A stretch of 51,925 nt of DNA, from contig JALMLS010000331.1 of NCBI GenBank assembly GCA_038496445.1, positions 1 to 51,925 on the forward strand. Reading direction: 5' to 3'. A program made the position numbers and the translations under genes. The number at the start of each line of letters is the position of its first letter. Position 1 is the first letter of the stretch. The notes under the pieces were generated by a model. That model saw only the letters and a list, made by a program, of their open reading frames with translations, was not told where the DNA came from and made no database searches. The DNA comes from Trichosphaerium sp. ATCC 40318. Its lineage: Eukaryota > Protista > Tubulinea. Positions 24,647 through 38,300 of this stretch are shown in pieces.

Positions 24647-24979
24647 ATTCAACACAAAAGATGGTGACGTTCAAAATCCGTAGCAGTCTTTGTTTACCTT
24701 GTCAAGTTCGCAACATTGTATGTCCAAGTTACTGTACATTGCACAATTGTTATGCACTAAATAACATTTGTTTTAACAATACCTAAGCCTCAATAAAAGC
24801 ACAGTACGTAAGTAAATTTATCTTTATTGACATAATCCACATTAAAAAAAAGTGATAGACCATCTCCATCTTCATCCCCATACCCCCCACCAAGCTATAG
24901 CTTGCACCCAGAGGGCCCCATAAACAACCCAACCCAAAATACAACCCAAAAAAAAAACTCATTCGAAAAATACAAGTAT

Positions 24980-27850
24980 TTACAAACTGTTTCGTCGTTG
25001 CAATGAAACTTTGATTCTGGCTGATTTTTCCCTTTTTCCAGCCAAACGCCTACTCCGTGCCTTACTCTTAGCAACCCTTGTCACAGTAGAAAAATAGTCC
25101 TTTCCAAAGCTTCCAAGAGACTTACGAATATCTTGACGGAACCTTACCATGTCACTAACGTCCAATCGTAATTCCTCCAAATATTTCTGTAAAGCGCCAT
25201 TTTGTGCGGCGAGTTTAGCACGTCTATCCATTACTTGCTCGATTTTTGTAATAAGACGTTGTTTCTCTGCTTGTGCTTTATCTTTCTTACGTTCTTCACC
25301 AGACAATCTATCAGAACATCCATTCAGCGTCTTGAGACTCTAATGACAGAATAAAAAATTAGACTTTTTTTCTATTTTCAGACAATGAATGTCGTACACG
25401 TTTTTTCCGTTGTTTCTTTTCTCTGCCAGATGCTAAATGGTTCATTGTAAGTATAAAATATTCATTATATCCACGTACAAGTTTCTTCATCATACGAGCC
25501 TTTGAGAGTGTGACTCCTAATTCTTTTTTTTTTCTTAGTTTTCCTTTTTGGTTGCTCAACTAAAAAAGGAAATACTTAAATCAAACCCTCAACTTCATTA
25601 GTATACCTTCTTCTCCGCCTGATTCACTCTTAACAGAATCTATAGATGACGGTGGTGTCTCAATATTATATTTGGTGATAAAAGGGTGCGTCAGTAGCTG
25701 CCTAAAGGGAACAAAAAATTAATTGATTTTTCATAACCAAAATGATTAATTATCATAAGCATGACTTACTCAGCAGAAGGTCGCTTATGTTCAGCTCTCG
25801 TGAACGTAGCGAGAAGAAAGGATTTACATACAGGTGAAACTATAGCAGGTATCGGAGGATGCTTGTCTTGTACCATGTTAAACAAGGCAGTCATCGTACC
25901 AAGATGGTAGTAAGGAGGAGCTCCCGTAGCCAACTCAATAACAGTGCAACCCAACGCCCTATTAAGTTAAAAATTAACGCCAGCATAACTAACAACGACA
26001 ATAGAGTAAAACAAATCAAGCTACAGCCTTTTCCGGTTGAATCATCTAAAACGTACCAAATATCCGATTTGGGACCACCGCCAACCATCTCTATTACCTC
26101 TGGTGCCACTATACGTATACATTAGAACCTAAAAAAAATATCGCGTAGTGCTTACTCCAGAAAGGTGTGCCAACAACCGTGTATTTTTTATTACGTTCAG
26201 TTTTTGCTGTACCAAAATCAGCTAATTTAACTTGTCCATCTTTTGTAATTAGAATATTAGCGCCTACAACCACGTCAGTATACAGAGCGTTTAAAACAAA
26301 TCAAGTAATAATATTCGTAAAATTGGCTACGCGGAAGTTTAAAAAAACGACATAGTGTTCACAACGCGAAAAGCGTTAGTTGGCGTTAGAGTAGAAAGAA
26401 AACGCTAATTATAGGAATGTGCAAACCCAAAAAAAAATGTGGAGTACCTTTAATGTCGCGATGTACGACGTTTTCGCTGTGCAAGTAAGCAAGCCCTTGC
26501 AATACTTGTTTTGTATATACAGATATAAGGCGCTCTGACAGTTTGCCCATTTTCTTAAGTACTTTAAACAAGGATCCTCCCTCTGCGTACCTTAAACGCT
26601 CAAATAAGCAAAAATGGGTTGGAGAGATTATATTTCAAAGATAGAAAACGATAAAAAACTGTTTTGAGCTAAATTACTGTTATAACAGTACGTACTCTAA
26701 TATAAAATACATAGCCTTGTTGGTTTGCTTGAAACCAACTATTTTTACAATATTTGGATGGTCTAAACGCCGTAGTAACTCCGCTTCGTTCTATTCTTGT
26801 TAGAAAAAAAAAACCTAGGGTCATAATACAATTTTAAAGCCAGAAAATAGACCAACAAAGGCATATTCATAGCCGAAAAACAAAGGGAGAAAATACGAAA
26901 AAAAAAACGTACCATGACACCTTGAAGTTTACTTGGCTCAATTAAACCTTTCTCTATTTGTTTTATAGCTACTAGTCTACCAGTTTGGTTGTCGATAGCT
27001 TTACAAACTACAGCAAAACCACCTTTGCCTATAACTTCGCCAATAACCTATTACAATTAGCACACAAGCTATACAGTAACAATAGCGATTAAATACGTGA
27101 TTAATCGAGTAATTCAATCTTTTTTTGGCAAAGAGCAATTGCAAAAAAAGCGAAAAAAAATCATTTTCAAAAAACCGTACATAAGTATCGAACATGGTCT
27201 GCCCTGCTTTGTCTGCTATTGATATAGCATATGTACTACCACCAGGTGGACCACCAGGTGATGCACTACGCCTATAACGAGCTACAAGCGTAGTTAGTAA
27301 CCAGAATAGAATTTCTTGTGAATTCCGATAAAACAAAAAACAAGTCTGTACAGACGGAGTTACCTTTCGTTCGTTTATGAGCTGGTGATGCACCTATTAA
27401 CGTGCCATGCTACAGTACAATTAAGCTACATTGTGACACTTGGCGTACGACATTCGGATCTGATGTTGACGTCTTAAAGCGCTCGTGGCTGCGTGGTGCA
27501 GCTTCAGGCGTAGGTGCAACCTTGATTTTATCTGTGTTTGCCCTTCGGTGCGGACTTCGGGGTCCTTTTTCAGCCATTTTGTTCTTTTGCTCCTGAAGTA
27601 CCTCCAGGCTCTTAATAAGAGAGGCTTTAGTGGACGCTGATTCGCGCTTTGGCAAAGATTTAATATAAGTCACAACTATCTCGCTTTTGCCAGAAATCAT
27701 CATTTCTGTGAGCTGTCTAGTAGTAAGACGCTGGCCTAAGGATAGCTTAAGCAAATATCACAAAACACTTGTTTGGTGCTATAATTATTTGCACAGTACT
27801 ACGTGCTTCGCATACAAATCACACGAGTAAAATGTACCTCGACTGGCCAT
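24980..27850 (-). CDS. STE-family MAP3K (Cdc15/Cdc7/SepH-like kinase domain) with C-terminal coiled coil
   Basis: [34 protein letters not shown]|[77 protein letters not shown]. Confidence 0.9.
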
Positions 27851-28220
27851 ATTTTTGACCTGTGTGAGCTGATCTGTCCGTTTGTTGCTTCCACCACCCT
27901 TTTTGGGTGTATGACGCTCTGTCATTGCGTGCAGTAATTATAACAATTACTACACGTCAAGAACAAAGTACTGGAGCTACAAGTTTACCAAAATGTTATA
28001 TCTTCCACCAGGGTCACTATACGGTGTCCGTTTACGACATTAAATCACTCCACCGCAATTATTACTCTAAGTCGCGAAAGTTTGATTAAGTGCTAAATCG
28101 ACGGTTTAAAAACGGACAAACTCAATCTCAAGTGGAACTCGCCACTGACAACTCTTATTTTTAAATAAGTAAGCGAATCTACGTAGTTTACAAACCTTCA
28201 TTAACCGTTAAAAAGTTTGA

Positions 28221-31188
28221 ATGGCGTCACCTGAGACTCGAAGCTTCCTTCAGCGCGCTCGCGCCGATATCAAACGATCTCGCGATGAAATAACAAACTC
28301 TGGGCAAACATGGGATCCTGTTCCCATCAACATATTCCAGTCACCCACTAAACCTCGTAAAACAACACCAAGACGCTCTGCTAGCCTTAGGAAGCTAGAA
28401 GAGACACCAAAATATGTTAAAATAGTCTGCGCCGGAGATTTCGAATTTATAGTACCGACAGCTATTGCAAAACATAGTGGGTTCGTTTTTTTAGTATTTT
28501 GAACAGTTTTACATTAAAAAAAAGTGTAAACCTGAATTCGCCGACTAATTTGCCTAGATTTTTAAAACAGATGCTTAAAGGGACTCATACGTACTTGGAG
28601 AATGTTACTAATACTATTAGACTACCTACGATTACAGCTGTAAGTAGAAATTTCTCTATTATTGTAAAACACATAAAGCCGTTAAAAAAAAAAGTCATCA
28701 AAACTGACCGCTTTCGTGTAGGATATTCTTGAAGATGTTATTAGCTATTGTTTTCAAGACTTTGTTATTAATGATGGTGTAAGAAAGTCTCACGTTCGTC
28801 GTGCCCTCTTTACTGATGGTAACGATACTCCTTCTCCTAAAGCAAGAGGTTCTGAAGCGAGAAGAAGTCCTGGTGTTAATGTTAGTAAATCTAAGTACGT
28901 TTTTGGCTGTTTTTTTGAGTATCACGTGCTCTGATAGCGTTGATTTTTTTATGTTTGGTTTGGTGTACAGTTGTTTATTTTATTAGGTCGAGGCTAGTGG
29001 CTGCTGTCGCTATTAAACCTGAGAAAGTAATGGATTTAATCGTTGCCACGCATTTTTTGGACATTCCGGATTTACTCGATATTGCCTGCAAGATGGTTGC
29101 TGATAACATTGAAGGTACATACTCTTACGCGATTTGTGTTGTTGAAATGATTTTCTTGCTGCTCTGTGCCGACCTTGTCGTACAAAGGCCTCTTTTTTTT
29201 GTATTTTCTTATTTTGCTTCTTATCGCTATTTGCAGGTGTTGAATCGCTTAAAGGACTACCTGCTGATGTTCTAGAGATAATTTACGAGCATTTAACACC
29301 AGAGAATTTAGTAAAAGTTGAGGAGAAAGCAGATTCTGATGTAAGCTTTGACTCTATATGGCATAAATTATTAGTTAAGCGTGATTGGATTGACTGCCAA
29401 GCTGCTTATGCCTACTCTTGGGAAGCGCGCATTCGCGTTGCCGAATCACAATATGAACGCCAAGATGATGGATGCAGTACGTGTACAGAGAACCTACGTA
29501 GTGCTTAATGCGGTATAGTTTTCACTATCATAAAGAATCCGAAGAGAAAGTTTTTAGAGCGTGTGTTTCAATCAAAGATAGATGCTGCTGGTTTTGGTCC
29601 AGCTGCAGCTTCAAAAGTATTCTTTTATCACGATTTGTACGGACCACATGTTGGTTCAGTGCGTATCCCGTCAACTATGGCCGATCTACGACGTTTTAAT
29701 CTGATAAAGTTTATAAAAAAGTACGCTTGATTTTTCTTCTTTTTTTCGCGGTTTAATGTTTAACCCTTAATGCTTTAGACTTGTATCTCTTCGCCGACTT
29801 GAAATTGATACTTTTAATCTAACACGGAGTGATATGATGGATATTGTTGGGTTACTGAAGAGCGGCGCTTTACCTCATTTAAAAAAATTAAAATTCCTGA
29901 GATGTGGCTTAACAGATGATTCAGTACAACCTCTCATTGACTACCTGAGTGATGTTCCCATTGCGCGTGACTCAAATGGATGCAATGGAATAACTGTGCT
30001 GGATTTGAGCGGTAATAAATTGAGTATTGCCGTCCTTGGGTACGACTACTATAGTGTTGAACTTGCTAATTTTTTTTCTAACAAAGGCGATTGGCATGGG
30101 CTGTTAAACAAAATAGAACACTAACGCACCTTGGATTAAGTGACTGTAATATAAATTCACCTAGAACTTCGCCTTGGAGTAAAAAAAACACATGTAAGTA
30201 AAACCTATTTCAAAAAGGTATCTTGCTGACATTTATTAATAAAGCAACACAACAAAGACCTCTTTGCGATTTCTTGGCTGCACTTGGGAAAAATAAAACA
30301 ATAAGACTCTTGGACTTATCATATAACTCTATTAACTTCAAATCGTTACCAGATTGGTTATGGGAGGCATTTGGAGAGAACAATGGTACATTCCTTTCTC
30401 AAAACTCGAAAGCGAAACATTCTTATTTTTTTATTCTAATTTTAGCTCTGACGCACATTATTCTTACTGAGAACGCTTTGGTACAAGATGAACATTCTTC
30501 AAAGGCTTTAGAACAGTTCTTCCTTCATTTACCTAAATATACATTGTACCTTGATTTTGCCATGTGCAGGCTGGACCCAGGTATGACGCGGTTCTGTTTT
30601 TTAATAGCAAAGTTTTTGTCTAATTTTTTTTTGTAGAGCACATGCAGCACCTTGCACTTGGTCTACGCCAGTTGAAGCATATCAAGCATGTTGATTTAGC
30701 GTCCAATCTTTTAGGCGTTGAAGCTTCTAATCACTTGAGCGCTTTGCTTCGCATGAATACTCCTTTAAAGAGGTACTAACTAAAAATCAGGAGTTTGGCT
30801 TGATTTTCTTCTGGTTTTTTTTCTCGTTTTCAGACAACAACTTTCTTACATTTGCTTTTTTAGCTTGAACTTGAGTTACAATAACTTATACGATACTGGC
30901 GTACGCGATTTGAGCCGTGCTCTCGTTCAAAATAATGTTCTTGAATACTTGGATCTCTCACGAAACGATTTATCTCTAAGCGCTATAGAGCTTGCTCGTG
31001 CTCTCGCTTCTAATTGGGAGAAGATTGGCCTCAGGTAAAAAACACGAGAAATCAGATTTTTTAGAAGTTATAACGGTTATATTAGGCGTCTAAGGATCAG
31101 TAATAATAGATACTTGACTTCTGATCAAGTAGACACAATGACAAATATTCTTAAAGGAAAGAACGTATTCCTTGTTGCGTATGATTGA
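28221..31188 (+). CDS. Elongin C/Skp1-type BTB fold fused to an Elongin A-like BC/cullin-box region and RNI-like LRRs
   Basis: YVKIVCAGDFEFIVPTAIAKHSG|FLKQML..ENVTNTIRLPTITA|DILEDVISY..IKPEKVMDLIVATHFLD is Elongin C-like. It is followed by IPDLLDIACKMVADNIE|GVESLKGLPADVLEIIYEHLTPENLVKVEE..DSIWHKLLVKRDW, then LRRs (LDLSGNKL, LDLSYNSI, LNLSYNNLYDTG, LDLSRNDL). Confidence 0.8.
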
Positions 31189-32152
31189 TACAAAGACTAG
31201 TTTGTTGGATTGTAGTTTAGTGTAATATAGTAGTAAAAAAAAAAATTTCTTGAAACCTTGTTTAGCACGCAACGGCTAATACTGCACACGGCTTAGTTGT
31301 TGATAGCTTTCGCTACGCTTCTTTGGACAAAAGTTAATTGTCCGCAAGCGGAAATGTGGCGATAGTCGGCTTAATCACTAATAAGCAAGGCTGTATCTAC
31401 GACTATTATACTTGACGCCTCGTTTCTAAGTAAATGAGGAATAATTAAAGCTAATTTCGGTTGGCAAACGTGATCTGAAACGTGATTTACCTAGATCAGT
31501 GTTGCGGCACGGAAAAATTTATTTATTGCCCTTCAGCGCATGTATGGGCGTAGTAGGTTATCGCAGAAGGAGAATAGCGCGATTTTATCACAACGCTCTG
31601 ATTATCTGCCAAACGAGCGCATTTTTCAAGGTAAGATGTAAGGAAGTTGTCTATGATTGAATAGTCGTTGCTAGAGAATCTAGCTTCGAAAACAAGAGAT
31701 CTTGTAGTTTCCTAAAATACATCACTTTCTTTGTGTTTGGAATAGTCATGTATATGCACTGTGTACCATTATAGGACTTGTCGGTTCGTTTAAAGTGCAA
31801 TTGCATTTTTTTTTTGCAACTATTTTTTTGCTTTCGCAAAGTTCATCTGTATGACCTTAGCAACGCTCTAGCGTGCTTTTAGGAAAAATGGATTATGTGC
31901 ATTATCCTTGGATACCATTTTTATTTTGTGGTTATGAAATACGTGCATAAAAGGGAGTTGCAATTACTCAAATATCGATTGGGTATTGGAGCTTATTGGC
32001 TTATTCGTGTTGCTGGTGCTATTAGGGTTTATTGGCTGTATATGTGGTTGCATTGATTTGTACGATTGGCGGGTAAGTTTTTTTGAAACGTACGAACAGT
32101 AATGATGATGCCAGGGCATTGTAAAACCCTCTTGTCTTTTTTTATCTGAATT

Positions 32153-32305
32153 TCAAGTCTTTTTTTTAGTTTTTCTACCATCTACGGAGTCAGTGTTTTC
32201 GTACGTTGTAAAGCGTACTTTAAATTCCCCATCTTCTTGGCTTTTCGCTACAGCATTATCACCCACTTGATAGGAAAGAACTGACCGGAAAAGGAAAGTT
32301 CGATA
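32153..32305 (-). pseudogene. Tudor-domain-like fragment with an internal deletion
   Basis: YQVGDNAVAKSQEDG directly joined to EFKVRFTTYENTDSV. These are the two flanking Tudor motifs, without the middle strand. Confidence 0.35.
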
Positions 32306-32548
32306 CTGCAAAGACGCACGTGTTTCCAAAAAAAACAAAATAAGAGAAAACGTAATAACAATAAAACTATAGTACTGTATTTATAATAATGATCTAGAAC
32401 AATGTTGTTTATGTCACTAATCATTGATGTATACAAAGCAGGTATTATTTACAATTTTTTTTTGTTTTTGAATAAAAAGTCACTCAATTGGCCCTTGTTT
32501 GTCTGCACTCGTATTTGACAGACGCTTTATGAAACGGCGTACTTCCTT

Positions 32549-33340
32549 TAGTAGAAACTCGTTTGAGTTCTGTCGTTCCTCATTTCAGAATCGTCAATCT
32601 CACTTTTCGTGTTTTGTTCATCAAAATTTTCGCGAAAGAATTTTAAGCTTTCTAAGCCTGTTTCTTCTTTTTTAGCAGGTGCAAGGCTGAATACATTATC
32701 CCAACCACGACGAGCAACATCTGTGTACTAAAAATATAGAAATCAGAAAAGGGAGTAAAGAGTAACCCTGAAAACGAAAACATTGTTTTTTTTTTTCGGA
32801 ATTTTCGGGAAAGCTAAAAAATTTCTTTGATTGGTTTCTGTAATGAAGAAAACCCGCTTGAAAATTACGTGATATCAATCATGCGCGTGCGATGGCGTAA
32901 AGTCAGAAAAAAAATAAAAAAGGCCTAGTTGTTTGCCCGTTGTCCGGATACGTACCACGCCTGTGGCGACAAGTGCTACAGCGCCAAGGAATTGTATGCG
33001 AGGACGCCAGCTCAATACGTAGTTACTTCTAGCTTCGTTATGGCCAATTGAGGCTATCATACCCCATAAAATAGTGCCAGCTAACGCAGGTACAACTAGG
33101 ATGAATTTAGTTTTATATTGCGCCATTTCTTGCGTACGGATAAACCCAATGGTCGTTGTTTGAAATACCTTGTTGAATGCTTTTTGTAGACGGGTTTCAC
33201 TTGTTTTTTCATGCCTGATTGTGTTAGTGACATTCTTATCGCTTATTACGTTACCTATCTTGCTCCCAGTTCATCCTACGAAAAGCCATGCGCTCTTCCT
33301 CTGAAAAACCATCACTTCCTTCTGTATTACCGTTTTGCAT
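32549..33340 (-). CDS. HIG1-domain (Rcf1/HIGD-like) small twin-TM protein
   Basis: Spliced MQNGNTEG..MNWEQDR|YFKQRPL|VVPALAGTILWGMIASIGHNEARSNYVLSWRPRIQFLGAVALVATGV|YTDVARRGW.. fits the HIG1 pattern (PLVP..GL..S..MMR.R..Q). 5' splicing is inferred. Confidence 0.6.
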
Positions 33341-35335
33341 GATTTCTGTATCCTTGTAGTGCGTTGTAGGCAGTATTTATAAGATTATGACGAGTTTAAG
33401 CAGTGTAATCATTCATTTTAAGCGAAAGCTTTCTTACACGCCTCCCAATAATAAAATCATTAATTAGGCAATTCTTCCGCGGATAGCCAGTGGTAATCCA
33501 CTACATGAGCACCCTATTTTTGTAATGTGGCGGATAACATGTTATGACACGCGCTTCGAAAGTCACGAATTCGTTATACGAGGTGTAATACAGTTGGTGA
33601 TCAGTAGTCAGACGAACCAGATGTCGTATTTATGGTGTAGTTCAGAAAATGATGAGTTCAACTTAGCTATTTACAAAAAGTTTGCACCTCTTATAAAGGT
33701 ACAGTAAACATCCGAATACTTTCGTATTAACATCTTGTATCAAACTCAGCGAATTATGTTATCAGTGTACATGATTGTCGCGGTACAAGCGTGAATTACG
33801 TTTTTTTGATGCAGTTGCTCTTGTTCTGTAGCAAGTGCTCCTGTGTCACAGGGCCGTTGTACCTGCCTTCAATATACCCTTGCGCGGAATTCCTGTAGGT
33901 ATGAGCGTTTAACTTTGTAACGGCGGACTACAAATGACTGATTGTTAAGTTTTTACTAAACAAAGGGACAAAATGTTCCCCACTTAAGTCAACGCTCAAA
34001 CTTTTTAACGGACTATTTAGCGACGTAAAGTATTCATGTATTGGGGTGCGTCGCCCGAAATTAGACGAAACAATAGAAATGATTGGGTGTTTGCCCCAAA
34101 ACGTGTTCTTTTTCTGTGTACAAACAAGTAATTTAAAATACTGCTATCGTGTTTCACAGGCACCTGTACTTCTAACTTTAAAGGTTTTTTTCATCTTTAT
34201 TTTCAGTTTTTAAGCCAAAAATCTTTTTCAGCCTGTCATTAAATTTCCTCGTACGCGTTAAAAGCCCCAACTTAGTATGATTTAAACGACATTCGTGTGC
34301 ACATTTTTATAAAGTAAGAGCAACGGAGGTTAGACTTGGGTCGAGAATGAAGGTTAAATAATAAAAAACTACAAAGTATCGTAAAAAAAACCGTCCCTAC
34401 TTCAGGAGTTTGCTTGCCGGTTTTTGCAGCGTTAAAATTATTGAGGCGATAAAAACGAAAAACCAGCATCTCGTACTCTGTTATGAGTTTTTCTTGCGCA
34501 ACCGACGGACACCTTTAAGTCAAGGTTAGCCACAAGCCTAGCACTTGCCGGAGCAGAGAATCATCTCGACTGAAAAACGTACGTAACCAAATCTGCCACC
34601 TACTATCCTGGATAGCTTTATAAATTGCTCCAACGTTGTTTTATGCTGCTTTCAACAGTAATAAGGCAATTGTTTGCGTGTTGTGTTGAGTTATGCTTAA
34701 AAACCGCGTTTCACATTTGAGGGTAGGGCTGTAATGCTCAACTACGGTTAGTTGCACCCTTACTAACCCCCACCTGTAGGCATTGGAATTAGATCAAAGC
34801 TTAAACCAACCACGAACGTGCAAGTACTAGTAAGCACCTTTGAACCGAAATATCGTCGTTTAGAAAAAAATTATGTACATCACTTCTTGTGTTGCCCCAT
34901 ATTTTACGCATCGTCGAGATATATCTCTTAGTTGCTCTACGAGGCCATCGCAAACGTTTTTTGACTATTTCTGCTTCTTCGTTTAGAACACGAAAGTAAT
35001 ACTTCCTATTAGGTACAATTACAGAGTAATAGAAGCACCTCTAAAGCATAGTAACCCAAGCACTAAAGTAAGCAATCATACTACTAAACATGAGACTCTG
35101 AAAAAACAAATCACTTTTTATTGCTTTTTCCCGAATTTATCACCAAACGATTACTTGTTTTTGTTATTTTTCTTCGCGACTTTCTCCAAGAAATTCATTT
35201 GTGAAGTTTGCTTATTGTTCACCTGAAGCACACCTTTTTTTTTGCAAAAAATCCGAACGGAAGTAAAAGATTCAAAGATTGTCTAATTGAAAAAGTCTAG
35301 AGTAAGAAGGATTATTTTCCAAAAACAAAAAAAAA

Positions 35336-38300
35336 ATGTCGAGTGAAATAAAACCAAAAGACGAAATTGATGACACCTTACCCAAGAGTACTCCTGAAAC
35401 AATGGAAACGGAGAAGAACGTTGATACAATCATAGAGAATAAGAAAGTACGGTTAATTTTTTTGTGTACACGTGTTAGATAACACAAACAATCAGTCTGC
35501 ATTTTTCTTTTTAGCAAGTATCGAAAACAGCGTTTTCCAAAAACTCTTTTCATTCCAACAACGCCTTTTTTATTTTTGGACGGAGACAGTGTTTGCATTT
35601 TCTCGTTCCACATTCTATTCAATTTTGGGTTGTTGCAAAACACGTGTTAATAAGAATTATGTTGACTTGCTGTTTTGGCCGTTTTTTTGATTTTTTTTTC
35701 GGTTCCCTACAAAAACCCACAAAGTGCAAAACAGCTGTTTGGTATCATCTACAATTACTTTATCCCTCAATGATTATAACCAATACTATAGAGCGTCGAA
35801 AACGAGCCTGAAGCGTCTTTACCAAACAATAACGCTCAAATCGAGGAAATTGATGCAATGCAAGTCGATTCAGCTATGGAGAGTAAGCAATCAGACGTAC
35901 AAGCCGAAACAGGCAGTGAAGACAAGACTTCAACTGAGAACGATGGTAAAAAAGCGAATAAGCCTAAATCTCCCAAAGACGTTGCTGAACCTGATAAAGA
36001 TGTAGCGGAGGTACTAAAACCTTGTTTTATTGAAAACGTGCTAATACGAACACATTTACCAAAAAGGTTTTGGTTTTTGTTTTATCCTTTTTTTGTATCT
36101 TTGGATCTTTTTCTGAAAGTACTGGTTTAGGAGGAAAGTGCGAACACGGAGAGCTCTCAAAAGAAGACAACACCTCAAGAAACTAATGATAATGAAATGG
36201 ACACAAGTAAAGGTGTTGGTGATGCTGATGTATCAATGGCGGAAGCCAAGGATAAAGAAACAGCTTCGGATCTTGGTACTTTTTTATTGGACAACAAACG
36301 CGTTTCTTTGTACTGACTGTTTTTTTTTCAGAGAGTCAAGACGATGATAAAAAGGAAACCACAGATGAATCTTCATCAACTACGTTAGGTAAGAGAAAAA
36401 GAGATGGCGAAGAAGAGCCAAAAAAGAAGCGACATAAGAGAGCACCAAAACCTTATATTGCTACCACGAATATGAATCCGGAAGAGCTTGAGTCTACACA
36501 AAAGGTACTTCTTTAACGTCATTACCTTATCTATCTGTTATTCTAACATAATTGGAAGGACGCTGAGAGAAGAGAGATTGCTGAAGACGATATCTCTAAA
36601 ACGCTAATCATTAAAGGTAAATTTTATCCCAAAAGTTTTTGAGATCATAAGTTTGACTTCGAAGATCATCATGCTTATCTTCCTGACTGCTTAATCGTTT
36701 TGAATTACCTTCAATCCGTTAATTTCGATTCAAGGATTGTACAGAGAGCTCGGAGAAACAAGACCAAATCGTGAGCTTATGAAGTTGCTAAACGACAAAT
36801 TTCATATTTTACCAGCTATTTTACAACGTTTCCATAAACGGTGCGTATCTCTAATTATGCTTCACTAAACTCACATAATTTTAAGTGATGATTTATGGCG
36901 AATCACTCTAAGGTCGGATGATGACTTGGCGAAACTTGTTGGAAAAACCGTTGACCTTAACTTGAAGGCTAAAAAGAAGAATTCTACAGACAAGAGCGTT
37001 GTAATAGACTTTGATGTTCCACTTACACAAAGAAAAGCACATGCTAAGATCTACAAACGAAGTACTTCAATAACACGCAATTTATTGCTTCTTCTTACGT
37101 GCTTCTGTAGACTTAAGTACTGGTGGTAACAATTCAATGGATGATGCAGAACCGCCATCTAATTATGCTTGTTATTGTAACTCAACTGAAGAAACACCTC
37201 TAACGAGTCCATCAGATCTACGATCTGTAGATTTACGTTGTGGTGGTTGCAAAAAGTTCTTTCATCAGAAGTACGTGTACCTATTAATATTAATTTATTT
37301 TTTGCACGTGGATTTTTTTTTAATCACGTGTTTTAGATGCTTGAAAATAAAAATCAAAAATCCGCCATTACCTGGTGATTGGAACTACTTGTTCTATTGT
37401 AGAAGATGTCATAAGGTAGGGTCTACAGAGGAGAGCTTCCAATTTCAAGGAAAAGATAACTCAGATGTGTACATTATTGTGCTATATAACCTATACCTCT
37501 TGTCAAAGATGCAAGGTACTGTCATAGTAAACGTGTTGCGAATTCGTATTTAACTTCTGACAGGTTGTCAAAAGACTCTCTTTCATATCTGTGCAATGAA
37601 CCAGTTTATTGATAAGTATTGGAATCAATTACACTCATGGAAAGTGAGCCAAAAAGATATGCATAAAGTGAGTCTTACAGATTTACGACGATTCCCAGAA
37701 GTACGTATTATTTTTATCGATAAAACCGAAAAAAGTGAGCTCACAGATCAACTAAAGGTCTTTACAAACGGACACTCACGAGATGACTGTGATGATTGGT
37801 GGGGACTTCGTGATTACTCAAATCCTCTGATTGATAACTTTCCAATCATTAGAAGTCGAAGAAGGTAACTAACTTACTACGTCCAATCACATCTTTCTTG
37901 TTTTGATTTTTGCTCTTTTGGTTGAAGAAGAATCATCCTATAATTAGTTCCTCAAAAACACAAGCTAATCTCGGTTGTGGAGGACTTTTTATTTGATAAT
38001 TTACAAACATGATAAAAAACGTTGACGGCTTTGAATTTTTGCGAGATTTCCAGGGTTTTATTTCATTTCTAATCAACCTTGTTGTAATGGAAGACCCTTT
38101 TTATTTATCATTTTCGTATTCGAACGTACCTGACTATGTTCGTAGCCGTCGTAAGCGTAAACCAAGTACAGATACATATACAAATAGTCCAGCGCTTCAA
38201 CGTAAGAAGAAACTATCCAAGTCAGACTTAGCAGCGCAGTACGTTAAGAATTCACGTTTTTGATGCGGTTTTACTTCAAAAACTGTTTTTTGTGCACGTA

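Noticed and set aside
33400-35270. Gene or ncRNA in the long intergenic stretch
   Set aside because: Only short ORFs and isolated splice-like signals; I could not build a coherent or recognisable product.
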